NCBI GenBank assembly: GCA_019244185.1
Contig: JAFATB010000022.1
Span: 384,001-448,000 of the forward strand
Origin: Acidobacteriota bacterium
GTDB lineage: Bacteria; Acidobacteriota; Thermoanaerobaculia; Gp7-AA8
Reading direction: 5' to 3'
Length of the DNA stretch: 64,000 nt
The notes beneath the pieces are model-generated. The model saw nothing but the letters and a program-made list of their open reading frames with translations. It was not told where the DNA came from and searched no databases. The position numbers and the translations under genes are program-made. Below, piece after piece: positions 28,160-38,296 of this stretch (position 1 is the stretch's first letter; each line of letters starts with the position of its first letter).

Positions 28160-30313
28160 ATGCGTCGTCCGGTCCTCGCCGCGCTGTTCTCGCTCTTCAT
28201 CTGCACGCGCGCGTTCGCGCTCGACATCGCGCGGCTGACGGCGGCGCCGGTCATCGACGGCGCGTTGGACGATGCGGCGTGGAGCAACGTGCCGGTCGCC
28301 GCGTCGTGGTACGACTTCGATCCCGGCGACAACGTCGCGCCGCCGGTGCGCACCGAAGCGCGCGTCGCCATCGACGGCGCGAACCTCTACGTCGCGTTCC
28401 GCTGCTTCGATCCGCATCCGGGCGAGATCCGCGCCCCGTTCTCCGCGCGCGATGCGATCGCGAGCGACGTCGACTACGCCGGCATCTTCGTCGACTCGCA
28501 CGGCGACGGACGCAGCGCGCAGTTCTTCCTCGGAAACGCGCGCGGCGTGCAGCGCGACGGCATCCGCAACGACGCCACCGGCGACGAGACCATCGATCCC
28601 GATTTTCTTTGGGACGCCGCCGCGCGCATCGACGCGGAAGGATGGACGCTCGAGCTGCGCATCCCGCTGGCGTCGCTGCGCTATTCGTCCGATGCGCCGC
28701 GCTGGCGCGTGCTGCTCGTGCGCAACTGGACGCGCGGGCAGCGGCATCGCATCGCGTCGACGCCCATCCCGCGCGGGTCGAGCTGCATCGTCTGCCACGC
28801 GGACGTCGTCGGGGGACTCGAGCTGCCGCGCGCCGCGCACGTGACGGCGGTGCCGTACGTCGCCGCGAGCAGGGAAGGCGGGCGGATGAAGTCGGAGGCC
28901 GGCGGCGATCTGCAGTACGCGCCGACGCCGAACGTCATCGTCGATGCGACGCTCAATCCCGATTTCTCGCAGGTCGAGTCGGACACGCCGGAGGTGTCGG
29001 CGAATCAGCGCTTCGCGATTTTCTATCCCGAGAAGCGGCCGTTATTTCTCGAAGGATTGCAACTCTTCGACACGCCGCTGCCGGTCGTCTCCACGCGCAC
29101 GATCACGTCGCCGCGCTGGGGCGCGCGCGTCACGCGCACGTCCGACCGCGGCGGTTTCACGTTGCTCGTCGCGCAGGACCGCGGCGGCGGAACGGTGATC
29201 ATCCCCGGACGTCTCTCGTCGTCGTTCGCGCCGCAGGCGTTCCGCTCGCTCGACTGGATCGCGCGCGGCTCGTCGAACTTCGGCTCCGTGAAGCTCGGCG
29301 CGGTGGCCACGGATCGCGAAGTCTCCGGCGGCGGCAACAATCGCGTCGTCGGCGCGGACGTGCAGTGGACGCGCCGCGACGTCGACGTCGTCACCGCCGA
29401 GCTCCTCGGCAGCCGCAGCAAGACGCCCGTGCGTCCCGACCTCGCCGCGGAGTGGGACGGACGCACCCCGAGCGGCACCGCCGCGAACGTGATCTGGAAA
29501 CACGCCACGGCGCGCTGGGATTGGTACGACCAGTACATCGGCTTCAGCGACGGCTTCCGCGCCGATCACGGCTTCGTCCCGCAGGTCGGCTTCCACGAGC
29601 TGTACACGAATACGGGCTACACCGTTCGTCCGCGCGGATTTCTGAACAACATTCGCTTCTACGTCACGACCGACTATGAGGCCGATCCCGAGGGCGACGT
29701 CATCTACCACGTCGACACGACCGGCGCGGACATGCTCGGCGCGCACAACTCGATGTTCCGCGCGCGCTTCGCCGCCGGCGAGCTGCGCGCGGGCTCGAAG
29801 ACGATCCGCCGCAATCAATTGCTCTTCATCGCGCAGGCGAGTCCGTCGAAACGCTGGACGCTCGTCGGCGCCGAGGGCTCGATCGGACAGCAGATCGACT
29901 TCGACGCGGAGCGTCGCGGCACCGGCGCGGCGATCCACTACTACGCCGCGATTCAGCCGCTCGACCGGCTCGAGGTCGCGCTCGACGGAAATCTCAATTG
30001 GGCCGGCCGCAACGGCGAAGGGCGCTTCTTCACCGCGCAGACCGAGCGGCTGCGCACGACGTGGGCGTTCGACGTGCGCTCGTCGTTGCGCGCAATCGTG
30101 CAGAACGAGCGGACCGTCCGCGCGGCAACGCCGGACGCCGCCGGCCGCGACGGCTCGCTCACCGCGTCGCTGCTCTTCCAGTACCGCCTCACGTACGCGA
30201 CCGGACTCTTCATCGGCGCGGGCGACAGCCGCGTGCTCGATCCGGCGAACGCCGCGTGGCGTGCGCGGGACCGCTCGCTGTTCGTGAAAGTGTCGTACGG
30301 GGTGGGGCGATGA
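28160..30313 (+). CDS. CBM9-like + DUF5916-like outer-membrane protein
   Basis: Signal peptide, PVIDGALDDAAW, WTLELRIP, TLNPDFSQVESD, PEKRPLFLEG, terminal FVKVSY. Confidence 0.85.
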   Translation: MRRPVLAALFSLFICTRAFALDIARLTAAPVIDGALDDAAWSNVPVAASWYDFDPGDNVAPPVRTEARVAIDGANLYVAFRCFDPHPGEIRAPFSARDAIASDVDYAGIFVDSHGDGRSAQFFLGNARGVQRDGIRNDATGDETIDPDFLWDAAARIDAEGWTLELRIPLASLRYSSDAPRWRVLLVRNWTRGQRHRIASTPIPRGSSCIVCHADVVGGLELPRAAHVTAVPYVAASREGGRMKSEAGGDLQYAPTPNVIVDATLNPDFSQVESDTPEVSANQRFAIFYPEKRPLFLEGLQLFDTPLPVVSTRTITSPRWGARVTRTSDRGGFTLLVAQDRGGGTVIIPGRLSSSFAPQAFRSLDWIARGSSNFGSVKLGAVATDREVSGGGNNRVVGADVQWTRRDVDVVTAELLGSRSKTPVRPDLAAEWDGRTPSGTAANVIWKHATARWDWYDQYIGFSDGFRADHGFVPQVGFHELYTNTGYTVRPRGFLNNIRFYVTTDYEADPEGDVIYHVDTTGADMLGAHNSMFRARFAAGELRAGSKTIRRNQLLFIAQASPSKRWTLVGAEGSIGQQIDFDAERRGTGAAIHYYAAIQPLDRLEVALDGNLNWAGRNGEGRFFTAQTERLRTTWAFDVRSSLRAIVQNERTVRAATPDAAGRDGSLTASLLFQYRLTYATGLFIGAGDSRVLDPANAAWRARDRSLFVKVSYGVGR

Positions 30314-30329
30314 CGTGTTCCAGCCCGAG

Positions 30330-30890
30330 TCACGTGCCCGATTCATGCGTCTGATGGATCGACGCGTGATCGAGATGCCATACGCGATCTTGCGGCGATG
30401 CGCCGTCGACGACGGATCGTCTCAGCGTGTAGCTTCCGACGAAGCGTTGCACCGTACCGGACTTCGCCGTCGATGTAATCGCGATCGGCACCTCGATGTA
30501 GCGCGATCCCGCGGCGCCCTCGATGCGCGACGGCGTGCCGGTCGTCGCGTTTACGGACGCGGTATCGGCGAATCCCTGGATGAATTTTGCTCGCGTTTGG
30601 CCCGGCGGTCCTGACGAGCCCCACGATGCATAGGCTCGGTCATAGTCATGCGATGCAATCGCTCGATAGTAGTCACGAACGACGGCGACGGCCTTCTGCG
30701 CATCGGTTTCGACCGCGGCACCTTCCACGACGCCCTCGGGTGCAAGCTCGCTCGCTGCACTATGCGAAACGCGATTCGTGGGAGCGGCGCCGACGCTCGT
30801 TCCGCTTGCGCCAGGATCGCCTGCGCGCCTGCAGGACGACACGAAGCACATGACGACGAAAGCGGAGCCGAGGATGCGCGCACGACGCAT
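30330..30890 (-). CDS. Hypothetical lipoprotein
   Basis: Lipobox-like VSSC; VVRDYYRAI...IEGAAGSRY...YTLRR. Confidence 0.7.
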   Translation of the reverse strand: MRRARILGSAFVVMCFVSSCRRAGDPGASGTSVGAAPTNRVSHSAASELAPEGVVEGAAVETDAQKAVAVVRDYYRAIASHDYDRAYASWGSSGPPGQTRAKFIQGFADTASVNATTGTPSRIEGAAGSRYIEVPIAITSTAKSGTVQRFVGSYTLRRSVVDGASPQDRVWHLDHASIHQTHESGT

Positions 30891-30937
30891 ACCCGACTCG
30901 ATGCAGAAGTCGCACCGTGGCGGACGTCACGCCCGCC

Positions 30938-31165
30938 CTAGTCCGGCAGGGCGATCTCCGACCACGGCAGCTTCCGAACCGCGAGGACGCGCGCGTCCAA
31001 CTCGTCCTGAGTGGCCGTGTTGCCGAGGACGCGCTGAACGTACGAAACCTCGGTCGAAACCAGCTTCGCGTTCAAGAGGCGTGTGGCAGCCTTCCTGACG
31101 TTCAACTCGGAGACTGCAACTTTCGGGACTCTCAGAGACGGTTGAACTTTCGTAATCTTCTTCAT
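30938..31165 (-). CDS. Small basic hypothetical protein
   Basis: AAGGA SD before MKKITK; follows the RRM gene on the same strand. Confidence 0.6.
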   Translation of the reverse strand: MKKITKVQPSLRVPKVAVSELNVRKAATRLLNAKLVSTEVSYVQRVLGNTATQDELDARVLAVRKLPWSEIALPD

Positions 31166-31221
31166 TGCGATCCTTTTCGACGAAGTGCGTGAAGCGTCGG
31201 ATTGACCTGTGACGATCACTC

Positions 31222-31500
31222 TCAGTTGCCGGCGACCGGGGGAGTCGGGGTCGGGCCGTTTTTGCGCGCGCGTGCTTCGCTGACTTTCAGCGGCTGTCCG
31301 TTGAACTCTTTGCCGTCGAGTCCCGTGACGGCCGCGCGAGCGTGGTCGTCATTGGCGTATTCGGCGAATCCAAACCCCTTCGATGCGCCATCGCGATCCT
31401 GCGCCAGCTCGACCGACGTGGTTTCGCCGAAGGGCTTGACGAGGTCCGCGAGCTGGCTTTGGGTGATTTCCTTCGAGAGATTTCCGATGTGCAGTTTCAT
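31222..31500 (-). CDS. RRM (RNP-1) RNA-binding protein
   Basis: LHIGNL (RNP2), KGFGFAEY (RNP1), LKVSEAR. Confidence 0.92.
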   Translation of the reverse strand: MKLHIGNLSKEITQSQLADLVKPFGETTSVELAQDRDGASKGFGFAEYANDDHARAAVTGLDGKEFNGQPLKVSEARARKNGPTPTPPVAGN

Positions 31501-31778
31501 GGATGCTCCTGGCCGGTTTGGCCGTTCCGCTACCTCTCCGGGCGCACGTCGGGTGCTGGCGCAGAAGCCGGTATCGAATGTGGGGGGATCTAAGAGGCTG
31601 GGTTCAGAATCGCTGACTTAGTTCAACTGATCTGAGGGCGAGGAAGTTTCCTCGACTCGTTCACTCTACACGGTTTCTCCCGGTAAGTCGACGCGCGACT
31701 GCGCGCGCGGGCTGCGCCGCCCATGCTCCATTCTTCAATCGCGCTGCAAGCGCGCGCGTCTTCACGCGCCGCCGTTTC

Positions 31779-34208
31779 TCAGATCGGCGGTCCCGGCGGC
31801 ACCGTCGGAATCGCGCTCGGCTTCCACGCCTCCGCGGGTCGCGCGAGGAAGCGCGCGATGTCGTCGCGCGTGAGACGTCGATGCGCGGCTTCCGCCGGAT
31901 CGCTCGACGTCGCCGCGAGACGATCGGAGAGTCGGCGCAGCGCGTCGGTTGCATCGGCGCGGACCTGCGCGTCGTTGTCGGCGCCCGCCGCGAGCCCGGC
32001 GAGGCGCACCATCAGCAGCGTGCGCGTGGCGCGCGGAATCGGACCGGATTTCACCGCGGCGTCGATGAGCGCGTTCGTGATCTCGCGCATCGTCACGTTG
32101 TCGGTCTGCTGCGTGACGCGCGCGCAGCGCGCGGGGTCGAGCAGCGCGGAGATCGTGACGTCGGCGCTGGTCATCGCCGCGCTGATCGGATCGAACGCGG
32201 GATCGGTCCTGCGCGGGAAGAGCTCCGTGTTCGCGTCGCCGTGACCGTACGCCGGCGGCGGCAGCAGATCGAGCACGCGCTGCGGCAGCGCGAGGAACGC
32301 GGGATCGAGCGTGGTCATGATCGCGCGCAGCGCGTCGCGCTGCTGCGCCGCCGGCACCACTTTGCGCACGACGTCCGGCCACACGCCCTCGGCATCCTTG
32401 ACCGCGTACGTGTAATAGATGCCGCCGATCGACTTCGCCGCCGCTTCGAGCTGATAGCGGTGATGGAGGTACAGCGGGACGAGCTTCTCTTCGAGCGCGG
32501 AGACCGGCTCGCCGACGCTGAGGTTGTTCAGGCCGAACTGATCGAGCGCGATACGCCGCACGTCGATCTCGTGACGCAGCATCGCGATCGGATCGGCGCC
32601 GTTGTCCCACACCGCGCCGAGGGGATGCGCGCTGCTCACGGGACGCGAGTGCGGATCGGAGACGAACAGCGGCGTCGCGCGCGCGAGCTTCGTCAGCTCC
32701 GCGTCTTCATTCGCGCCCGGCGCGAACTGCGCGTACGCGTACTTGATCGCCGCGATGTCGTATGCCGCCACGCCCGTCGCATACGCCTCGGAGAAATCGA
32801 GCTTGCCGTTCGTGATCTTGATGTACGGCGCCGGATAGTCCATCACCGACGCGCGGCCGTATGTCGACGCGGCGAAGTTGTGATCGAGGCCGAGCGTGTG
32901 CCCGGTCTCGTGCGCGGAGAGTTGGCGGATGCGCGCGAGCGCCATCATCGACGGGCTGGTCGTCGGATCCATGTCGTCGAACGTGGCCGCCATTCCGCGC
33001 GCGATCATCGCGTCCTGCCGGATGCGCAGCGACCCGAGGAGCACGTTGCCTTTGATGATCTCGCCGGTGCGCGGATCGACCACGCTCGCGCCGTACGACC
33101 AGCCGCGCGTGGAGCGATGCACCCAGTTGATGATGTTGTAGCGGATGTCGAGCGGGTCGGCGTCGGGCGGGAGCACCTTCACCTGAAAGGCGTTGTGGAA
33201 GCCGGCCGCTTCGAACGCGGCATTCCACCACGACGCGCCTTCCAGCAGCGCGCTGCGGATCGGCTCGGGCACGCCGTTGTCGACGTAGTAGACGATCGGC
33301 TGCACGGGATCGGAGACCGCGGCGTTCGGGTCTTTCTTGATGAGGCGGTGGCGCGCGATCCAGTGCTTCGAGATCGACGTCGTGAACGGCGACGCGTAGT
33401 CGTAGAAGTCGATGCCGAAGATGCCGACGCGCGGGTCGGCGCGCCGCGGCGTGAAGCCCGGCTCCGGCAGCGCGACCAGCGAGTGATGTTCGCGCACCGT
33501 CAGCGCCTCGGCCGTCGGTGTCACGCCGCGCACGAGCTCTCCCGGATCGCTCGACGCAAACGTGAGCGTCGCCTCGACTTCCGTGTTGCGCGGGAACGCC
33601 TTCGTGCGCGGCAAATAGATCGCGCTGCGGTTTTTGTCGAGCGAGAACGAGCCCTGCTGCGCGCGCCTCAGCCGCGCCGCGACGCCGTGCGCGTCGCTGA
33701 GGAAAAAGTCGGTGGCGTCGACGAGCACGTGGCCGTTCGGCAGCGTCGACTCGACGGTGAAGCCGGCGAGCACCGACTGCGCGAATGACTGCTCGACGCT
33801 GCGCTGCTCCGCCGCGTCGTTGCTGAGCGCGCGGAAGCCGTAGTTCGGCTCCGTCATCAGCACGCGCGGACCGACGCGGTCGAAGCGGACGATGTGCGTC
33901 GCGCCGAGCTGGCTGCGATCGAGTCCGATCGGATTCGAGCCGACGCCGCTCGCGAGCGAGACCTGGTAGAGCAGCTCCTCGCCGAGGCGCGGGATCTCCA
34001 TCAGCAGGCGGCCTTTCGGCGCGTCCCAGTACAGCGGGATGAAGCCGTCGAACTTCTCGAAGCCGGCGACGGGATCCGCCGGCGTTTGCGATGGCTGCGG
34101 CTGTTGTTGTTGCGACGACGTCGTGGTGGCAGCCGGCGTCGCTTGCGGTGCCGGCTTCGCGACGGTGCAGGCGGTGAGGGCGAGGGCGACGATCAGTGCG
34201 CGGCGCAT
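31779..34208 (-). CDS. Zinc-dependent metalloprotease lipoprotein (DUF5117/DUF4953 type)
   Basis: Lipobox LTAC; HETGHTLGLDH, SVMDY, DPRTGEI. Confidence 0.9.
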   Translation of the reverse strand: MRRALIVALALTACTVAKPAPQATPAATTTSSQQQQPQPSQTPADPVAGFEKFDGFIPLYWDAPKGRLLMEIPRLGEELLYQVSLASGVGSNPIGLDRSQLGATHIVRFDRVGPRVLMTEPNYGFRALSNDAAEQRSVEQSFAQSVLAGFTVESTLPNGHVLVDATDFFLSDAHGVAARLRRAQQGSFSLDKNRSAIYLPRTKAFPRNTEVEATLTFASSDPGELVRGVTPTAEALTVREHHSLVALPEPGFTPRRADPRVGIFGIDFYDYASPFTTSISKHWIARHRLIKKDPNAAVSDPVQPIVYYVDNGVPEPIRSALLEGASWWNAAFEAAGFHNAFQVKVLPPDADPLDIRYNIINWVHRSTRGWSYGASVVDPRTGEIIKGNVLLGSLRIRQDAMIARGMAATFDDMDPTTSPSMMALARIRQLSAHETGHTLGLDHNFAASTYGRASVMDYPAPYIKITNGKLDFSEAYATGVAAYDIAAIKYAYAQFAPGANEDAELTKLARATPLFVSDPHSRPVSSAHPLGAVWDNGADPIAMLRHEIDVRRIALDQFGLNNLSVGEPVSALEEKLVPLYLHHRYQLEAAAKSIGGIYYTYAVKDAEGVWPDVVRKVVPAAQQRDALRAIMTTLDPAFLALPQRVLDLLPPPAYGHGDANTELFPRRTDPAFDPISAAMTSADVTISALLDPARCARVTQQTDNVTMREITNALIDAAVKSGPIPRATRTLLMVRLAGLAAGADNDAQVRADATDALRRLSDRLAATSSDPAEAAHRRLTRDDIARFLARPAEAWKPSAIPTVPPGPPI

Positions 34209-34245
34209 GGCGCCGCGCAGTCTATCGCTCGATCGAAACGATGCG

Positions 34246-36015
34246 CTACTCGCCCAACGCCGCGTACTTCACGATCCGGAACCGCGCGCCCTGCGCGTCG
34301 CGCACGCGCGCGGCGAGCTTCTCGTGCAGCTCGGGCGTCCACTGCGTCCAGCGCGCGTAGAACGCGGCCGCGGCGGCCTTGTCGCCGTTCGCCTGCAGCG
34401 CGAGCACCTCGTGCAGCAGCGAGGTCACGGCGTCCGCGTAACGGTCGTAGTGAATCGTGAGCCGCGCGGTTTTCGGATCGGCGGTGAGCAGCCCTTTGTC
34501 GAGGAACCAGTTGAACTGCACGAGCTCCATGAACTGGTAAGGCTGATCGGCGCGCGGCCGAATGTTGAGCAGCACGCGGCGGATGCCGGCCGCCTGGATC
34601 GCGCGCAGGTCGGGGACGTTCATCCGCTGCAGCGCATACAGCGACACGAGATCCGCTTTCATCTCCTCGGTCGCGTCGGAGAACTCCTCGAGCGCGGCGT
34701 CGATCGTGCGGCCGGACTTGTCTCGATCCGGCCCGAGGTAGTGACCGATCTCGTGCCAGAGCGTGCGCTGCGCGTCGCCGTTGGGGCCGAGGTCGTTCGC
34801 GTTCGCGTCGACGACGGCGGCGCGGAAGATGCGCTGGCTCGCGGCGACGATCGACGGATTCGTGAGGATGTTCCGGCGCAAGAGGATGATGCGGCCGTAG
34901 CGGCGCGACATCAGCGGATCGTTCGGCAGGTTCGTGGCGCTGTTCGTGCCGCGCGCCTGGCCGAAGTCGGCGATGACGTCGTAGACGCCGACCGGGATGT
35001 CCTCGCGCACGCGCTTGTGCTGCTCGTACGGCAGCGCGTCTTCGATGGCCTGGATGCCGCCGAGCTGGCGCCGCACTTCGCCGGTCGCTTTCTCGTCTTC
35101 GAGGAGAAGGCTGAACGAGTGGAACGCCTTCACGCCGTACAGCGCGTCGTCGTACGTCTCGTAGCTGCCGATCTGCGCGTTGAGATGCTTGAAGCGGCCG
35201 GTGATCCACGACGCGTCGCCCGATTCGTAGTCGTTCGTGATGAGGTCGCGGGCGCGGTTGCGGAGGTAGCGCGCGAACTCCGCGTCGCTCGGCTCGAGCG
35301 TGCTCGCCGCGCGCGTGAGCAGGCGAAACGCGCTGACGAGATCGTCCGCGTACGCGATCGCATACGGCACCGCGTAGAACGTCGTGCCGTCGGCCGTGTA
35401 CTGCATCGGCTTCCACTTCGCGAGCAGCATCGGATGCAGCTCGCGCAGCACGGCGAACGTGTTGAGCACCTGGATGTCGCGGTCGAGATTCGACTTCGTC
35501 GCGCGGCGGACGAGCGTGCGCGGGTCGAGCAGCTCGTCGCGCTGATCCGGATGCGCCGCGAGGTACTTGTCGAGCTCCTCGCGCGTGACGTCGGTAGGGT
35601 AGACGTTGCGTCCCGGCGCCTGCGCCGCGACGGGGAGGAACGGCTCGCGTTTGTTGTCGAGCGTCTGCGCGATGGGACCCTGATTGAGGCGATAGAGCTG
35701 CAGCAGATTGTCCGCCTGCTTCGAGCCGCCGGTCTCGGAGTAGAGCTTGCGCAGCTCCTGATACGCGGGCAGCGCGTCGGGATGGCGCGAGACCTCGTAG
35801 AGCTTCTGCATGATCGCGCCGGCGGCGAGGAGATCCTTCAGCGCGGCGCGTTCGGGATCGGTGAGGCGGGAGAGGTCGGCGTCGAGACGGATGGTCTCCG
35901 TCTTCGCCAGCACGGCGTTCGACTGCGCCTCCGTCCAGTAGCCGTCGGGAAGCGATTTCTGCTGCGCGGATGCGGTGACCGACACGGCGAGCGTGATCGC
36001 AAAAAGCGTTCTCAT
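34246..36015 (-). CDS. Secreted peptidase M49/DPP III-like protein
   Basis: Signal peptide; IGSYETYDD, ATNLPND, HEIGH, EEMKAD. Confidence 0.8.
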   Translation of the reverse strand: MRTLFAITLAVSVTASAQQKSLPDGYWTEAQSNAVLAKTETIRLDADLSRLTDPERAALKDLLAAGAIMQKLYEVSRHPDALPAYQELRKLYSETGGSKQADNLLQLYRLNQGPIAQTLDNKREPFLPVAAQAPGRNVYPTDVTREELDKYLAAHPDQRDELLDPRTLVRRATKSNLDRDIQVLNTFAVLRELHPMLLAKWKPMQYTADGTTFYAVPYAIAYADDLVSAFRLLTRAASTLEPSDAEFARYLRNRARDLITNDYESGDASWITGRFKHLNAQIGSYETYDDALYGVKAFHSFSLLLEDEKATGEVRRQLGGIQAIEDALPYEQHKRVREDIPVGVYDVIADFGQARGTNSATNLPNDPLMSRRYGRIILLRRNILTNPSIVAASQRIFRAAVVDANANDLGPNGDAQRTLWHEIGHYLGPDRDKSGRTIDAALEEFSDATEEMKADLVSLYALQRMNVPDLRAIQAAGIRRVLLNIRPRADQPYQFMELVQFNWFLDKGLLTADPKTARLTIHYDRYADAVTSLLHEVLALQANGDKAAAAAFYARWTQWTPELHEKLAARVRDAQGARFRIVKYAALGE

Positions 36016-36060
36016 GGCGCGGCGGACGTTATCAGATGCGTCGGTGTTCGCGCGCGCGGC

Positions 36061-36582
36061 TCAACGGCTGCCGTAGAGCGCGACGACGGTCGGTCCGCGA
36101 TAGCCGGACGTCCGCAGCGGCGAGCCGTCGGCGACCGCGATGCCGACTTCCGTGTAGTCGGCGCCGAGGACGTTGCGGCGGTGTCCCGGGGAATGCATCC
36201 AGCCGTCGACGACGGACGTGCCGCTGTAGCCGGTGGCGAGATTCTCACCGGCGAAGAGATAGCGGTAGCCGTGCTGGATGACCCACGAGAACGGATCGAT
36301 GCCGTCGGGCGACTGATGCGCGAAGTAGCGCTTGGCGAACATGTCGTCGATACGGTCGCGCGCGGCGGCGCAGAGGCGCTCGTTGAGGCGGAGCGGCGCG
36401 AGTCCGCGCGCCGCGCGCTCGCGGTTCATCGCCGCGAGGATGGCCGCGACGGCGGCGGAGGTGGGCGTCGCGACAGGGCCGTCGGTGTCGAAGGCGACGA
36501 GCGAGAGCGGGACACAGCATGCGACGAGGACGGCGACCGCGAGGACGCGCTGCAACGGTTTCGATATGCGTAGCTCGGACAT
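36061..36582 (-). CDS. CAP (SCP) domain protein
   Basis: NRERAARGL, YFAH, GENLA, WMHSPGHRRN. Confidence 0.9.
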   Translation of the reverse strand: MSELRISKPLQRVLAVAVLVACCVPLSLVAFDTDGPVATPTSAAVAAILAAMNRERAARGLAPLRLNERLCAAARDRIDDMFAKRYFAHQSPDGIDPFSWVIQHGYRYLFAGENLATGYSGTSVVDGWMHSPGHRRNVLGADYTEVGIAVADGSPLRTSGYRGPTVVALYGSR

Positions 36583-36616
36583 GCCTGGCTCCGGGACGAC
36601 CTATACTGCGCGCGCG

Positions 36617-37327
36617 ATGTGTCTCATCGCGATCGCGCACCGCGTTTCGGACAGGTTCCCGCTGATTCTCGCCGCGAATCGTGACGAGGATCACGCCCGC
36701 GCGACGATCGCCGCCGATTTCTGGCCCGACGCGCCCCACGTCCTCGGCGGCCGCGACGCGCTCCTCCGCGGCTCCTGGCTGGCCGTGACGCCGTCACGAT
36801 TCGCCGCGGTCACGAATCTGCGCGGGGCGCGCACGCGTTCCCGCTCGCGCGGCGCGCTCGTGCGCGCGTTCGTCATCGGTGAAGACGAGCCGCGTGCGTA
36901 CGGCGAGCAAATCGCGTGCGACGCCGCCGACTACGCGGGCTTTCATCTGCTCGCCGGCATCATCGGCGGCGACGTGCTCTACGCGACGCCGGAGCAGCAG
37001 ACGCTCCTCGCGCCCGGCATCTACGGCATCAGCAACGCGCCGGCAGGGGAGGCGTGGCCGAAGACCCAGCTCGCCGTCGACGCGATGCGCGCGGCGATGA
37101 CGCACGACGACGCGGCGACGATCGCCGACGAGCTGCTCGCGTTTCTCGCCGCGCCGCGACACAGCGGCCGCGTCGAGAGCGAGGTGTTCATCGCCGGCGA
37201 TCGCTACGGCACGCGCGCGTCGACGGTGGTCGTCGCGTCGCCGGACGCGGTGTCGTTCGTCGAACAGAACTTCGCGGCCGGCGGCGCGACGCTGGGCGGG
37301 CGGCGCGAGTTCGTGATTCAGCGCTGA
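36617..37327 (+). CDS. NRDE/TANGO2 family protein
   Basis: MCL start, AANRDE, GGRD, YGTRAST. Confidence 0.92.
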   Translation: MCLIAIAHRVSDRFPLILAANRDEDHARATIAADFWPDAPHVLGGRDALLRGSWLAVTPSRFAAVTNLRGARTRSRSRGALVRAFVIGEDEPRAYGEQIACDAADYAGFHLLAGIIGGDVLYATPEQQTLLAPGIYGISNAPAGEAWPKTQLAVDAMRAAMTHDDAATIADELLAFLAAPRHSGRVESEVFIAGDRYGTRASTVVVASPDAVSFVEQNFAAGGATLGGRREFVIQR

Positions 37328-37388
37328 CGCGCGGCCGCAATCGTTTCCCTTGCATCCTGCGAGGCTTCCGCGTTTAATACTGAACCGG

Positions 37389-37754
37389 ATGGTTCAGCTT
37401 TCACGAGCCCGCCTGGATGCGTCATTCGCCGCGCTTGCGGATGCGACGCGGCGCGGCGTGCTGGAGCAGCTCGGACGTTCCGACGCGTCGATCACGACGC
37501 TCGCCGAGAAGTTCCACATGACGCTCACGGGCATGAAGAAACACGTGGCCATCCTCGAGCAGGCGGGACTCGTCCGTACGGAGAAGGTCGGGCGCGTGCG
37601 GACCTGCAAGTTGGGCGCGCGGCGTCTGGAACAAGAGACAGCATGGCTCGACAGCTATCACCAGCTCTGGGCGGCACGGTTCGACGAGTTGGACAAGGTG
37701 GTCGAGCAACTGAAACGCGAGGAGAAGGTCAATGGACGGAAAAACAGAGAGTGA
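37389..37754 (+). CDS. ArsR/SmtB-family regulator
   Basis: FAALADATRR, KHVAILEQAGLV, GRVR. Confidence 0.9.
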   Translation: MVQLSRARLDASFAALADATRRGVLEQLGRSDASITTLAEKFHMTLTGMKKHVAILEQAGLVRTEKVGRVRTCKLGARRLEQETAWLDSYHQLWAARFDELDKVVEQLKREEKVNGRKNRE

Positions 37755-38244
37755 GACCGCGGCGCAGAGCCGGACGAAGGTGGAACGGAAGTCCGATCGC
37801 GAGCTGGTGGTCACGCGAGTCGTCGACGCGCCGGCGCGCATCGTGTACGACGCGTGGACGAAAGCCGAGATCTTCAGGCAATGGTGGGTACCGAAGTCGT
37901 TCGGCCTGACGCTGCTCTCGTGCGAGCTCGATGTCCGCGTCGGCGGCGGTTACCGCTTGGTCTTCCGCCACGGCGACTCGGAGATGGCGTTCTTCGGCAG
38001 GTACCTCGAAGTGGTGCCGCCTTCGCGCATCGTCTGGACGAACGAAGAAGGCGAAGACGAGGGACCGGTCACGACCGTGACCTTCGAAGAACAAGGAGGC
38101 AAGACGCTGATCGTCCTGCACGAGCTCTATCCCTCGAAGGAGTCCCTCGAGGCCGCCTCGGGTGACAAGAGCGGCATGGACGAGACCTTCGCGCAGCTGG
38201 ACGAGCTCCTCGCCGGCAGCGCGAACTCGGGGGACAGGAGTTGA
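37732..38244 (+). CDS. SRPBCC/AHSA1 domain protein
   Basis: ELVVTRVVDAP..VYDAWT, DVRVGGGY, GRYLEVVPP. Confidence 0.9.
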   Translation: MDGKTESETAAQSRTKVERKSDRELVVTRVVDAPARIVYDAWTKAEIFRQWWVPKSFGLTLLSCELDVRVGGGYRLVFRHGDSEMAFFGRYLEVVPPSRIVWTNEEGEDEGPVTTVTFEEQGGKTLIVLHELYPSKESLEAASGDKSGMDETFAQLDELLAGSANSGDRS

Positions 38245-38296
38245 ACCTGCGAACGTGAGTTCGCGTGAATCAGCGGAGCTCCCGTTGGCGTCGTTT

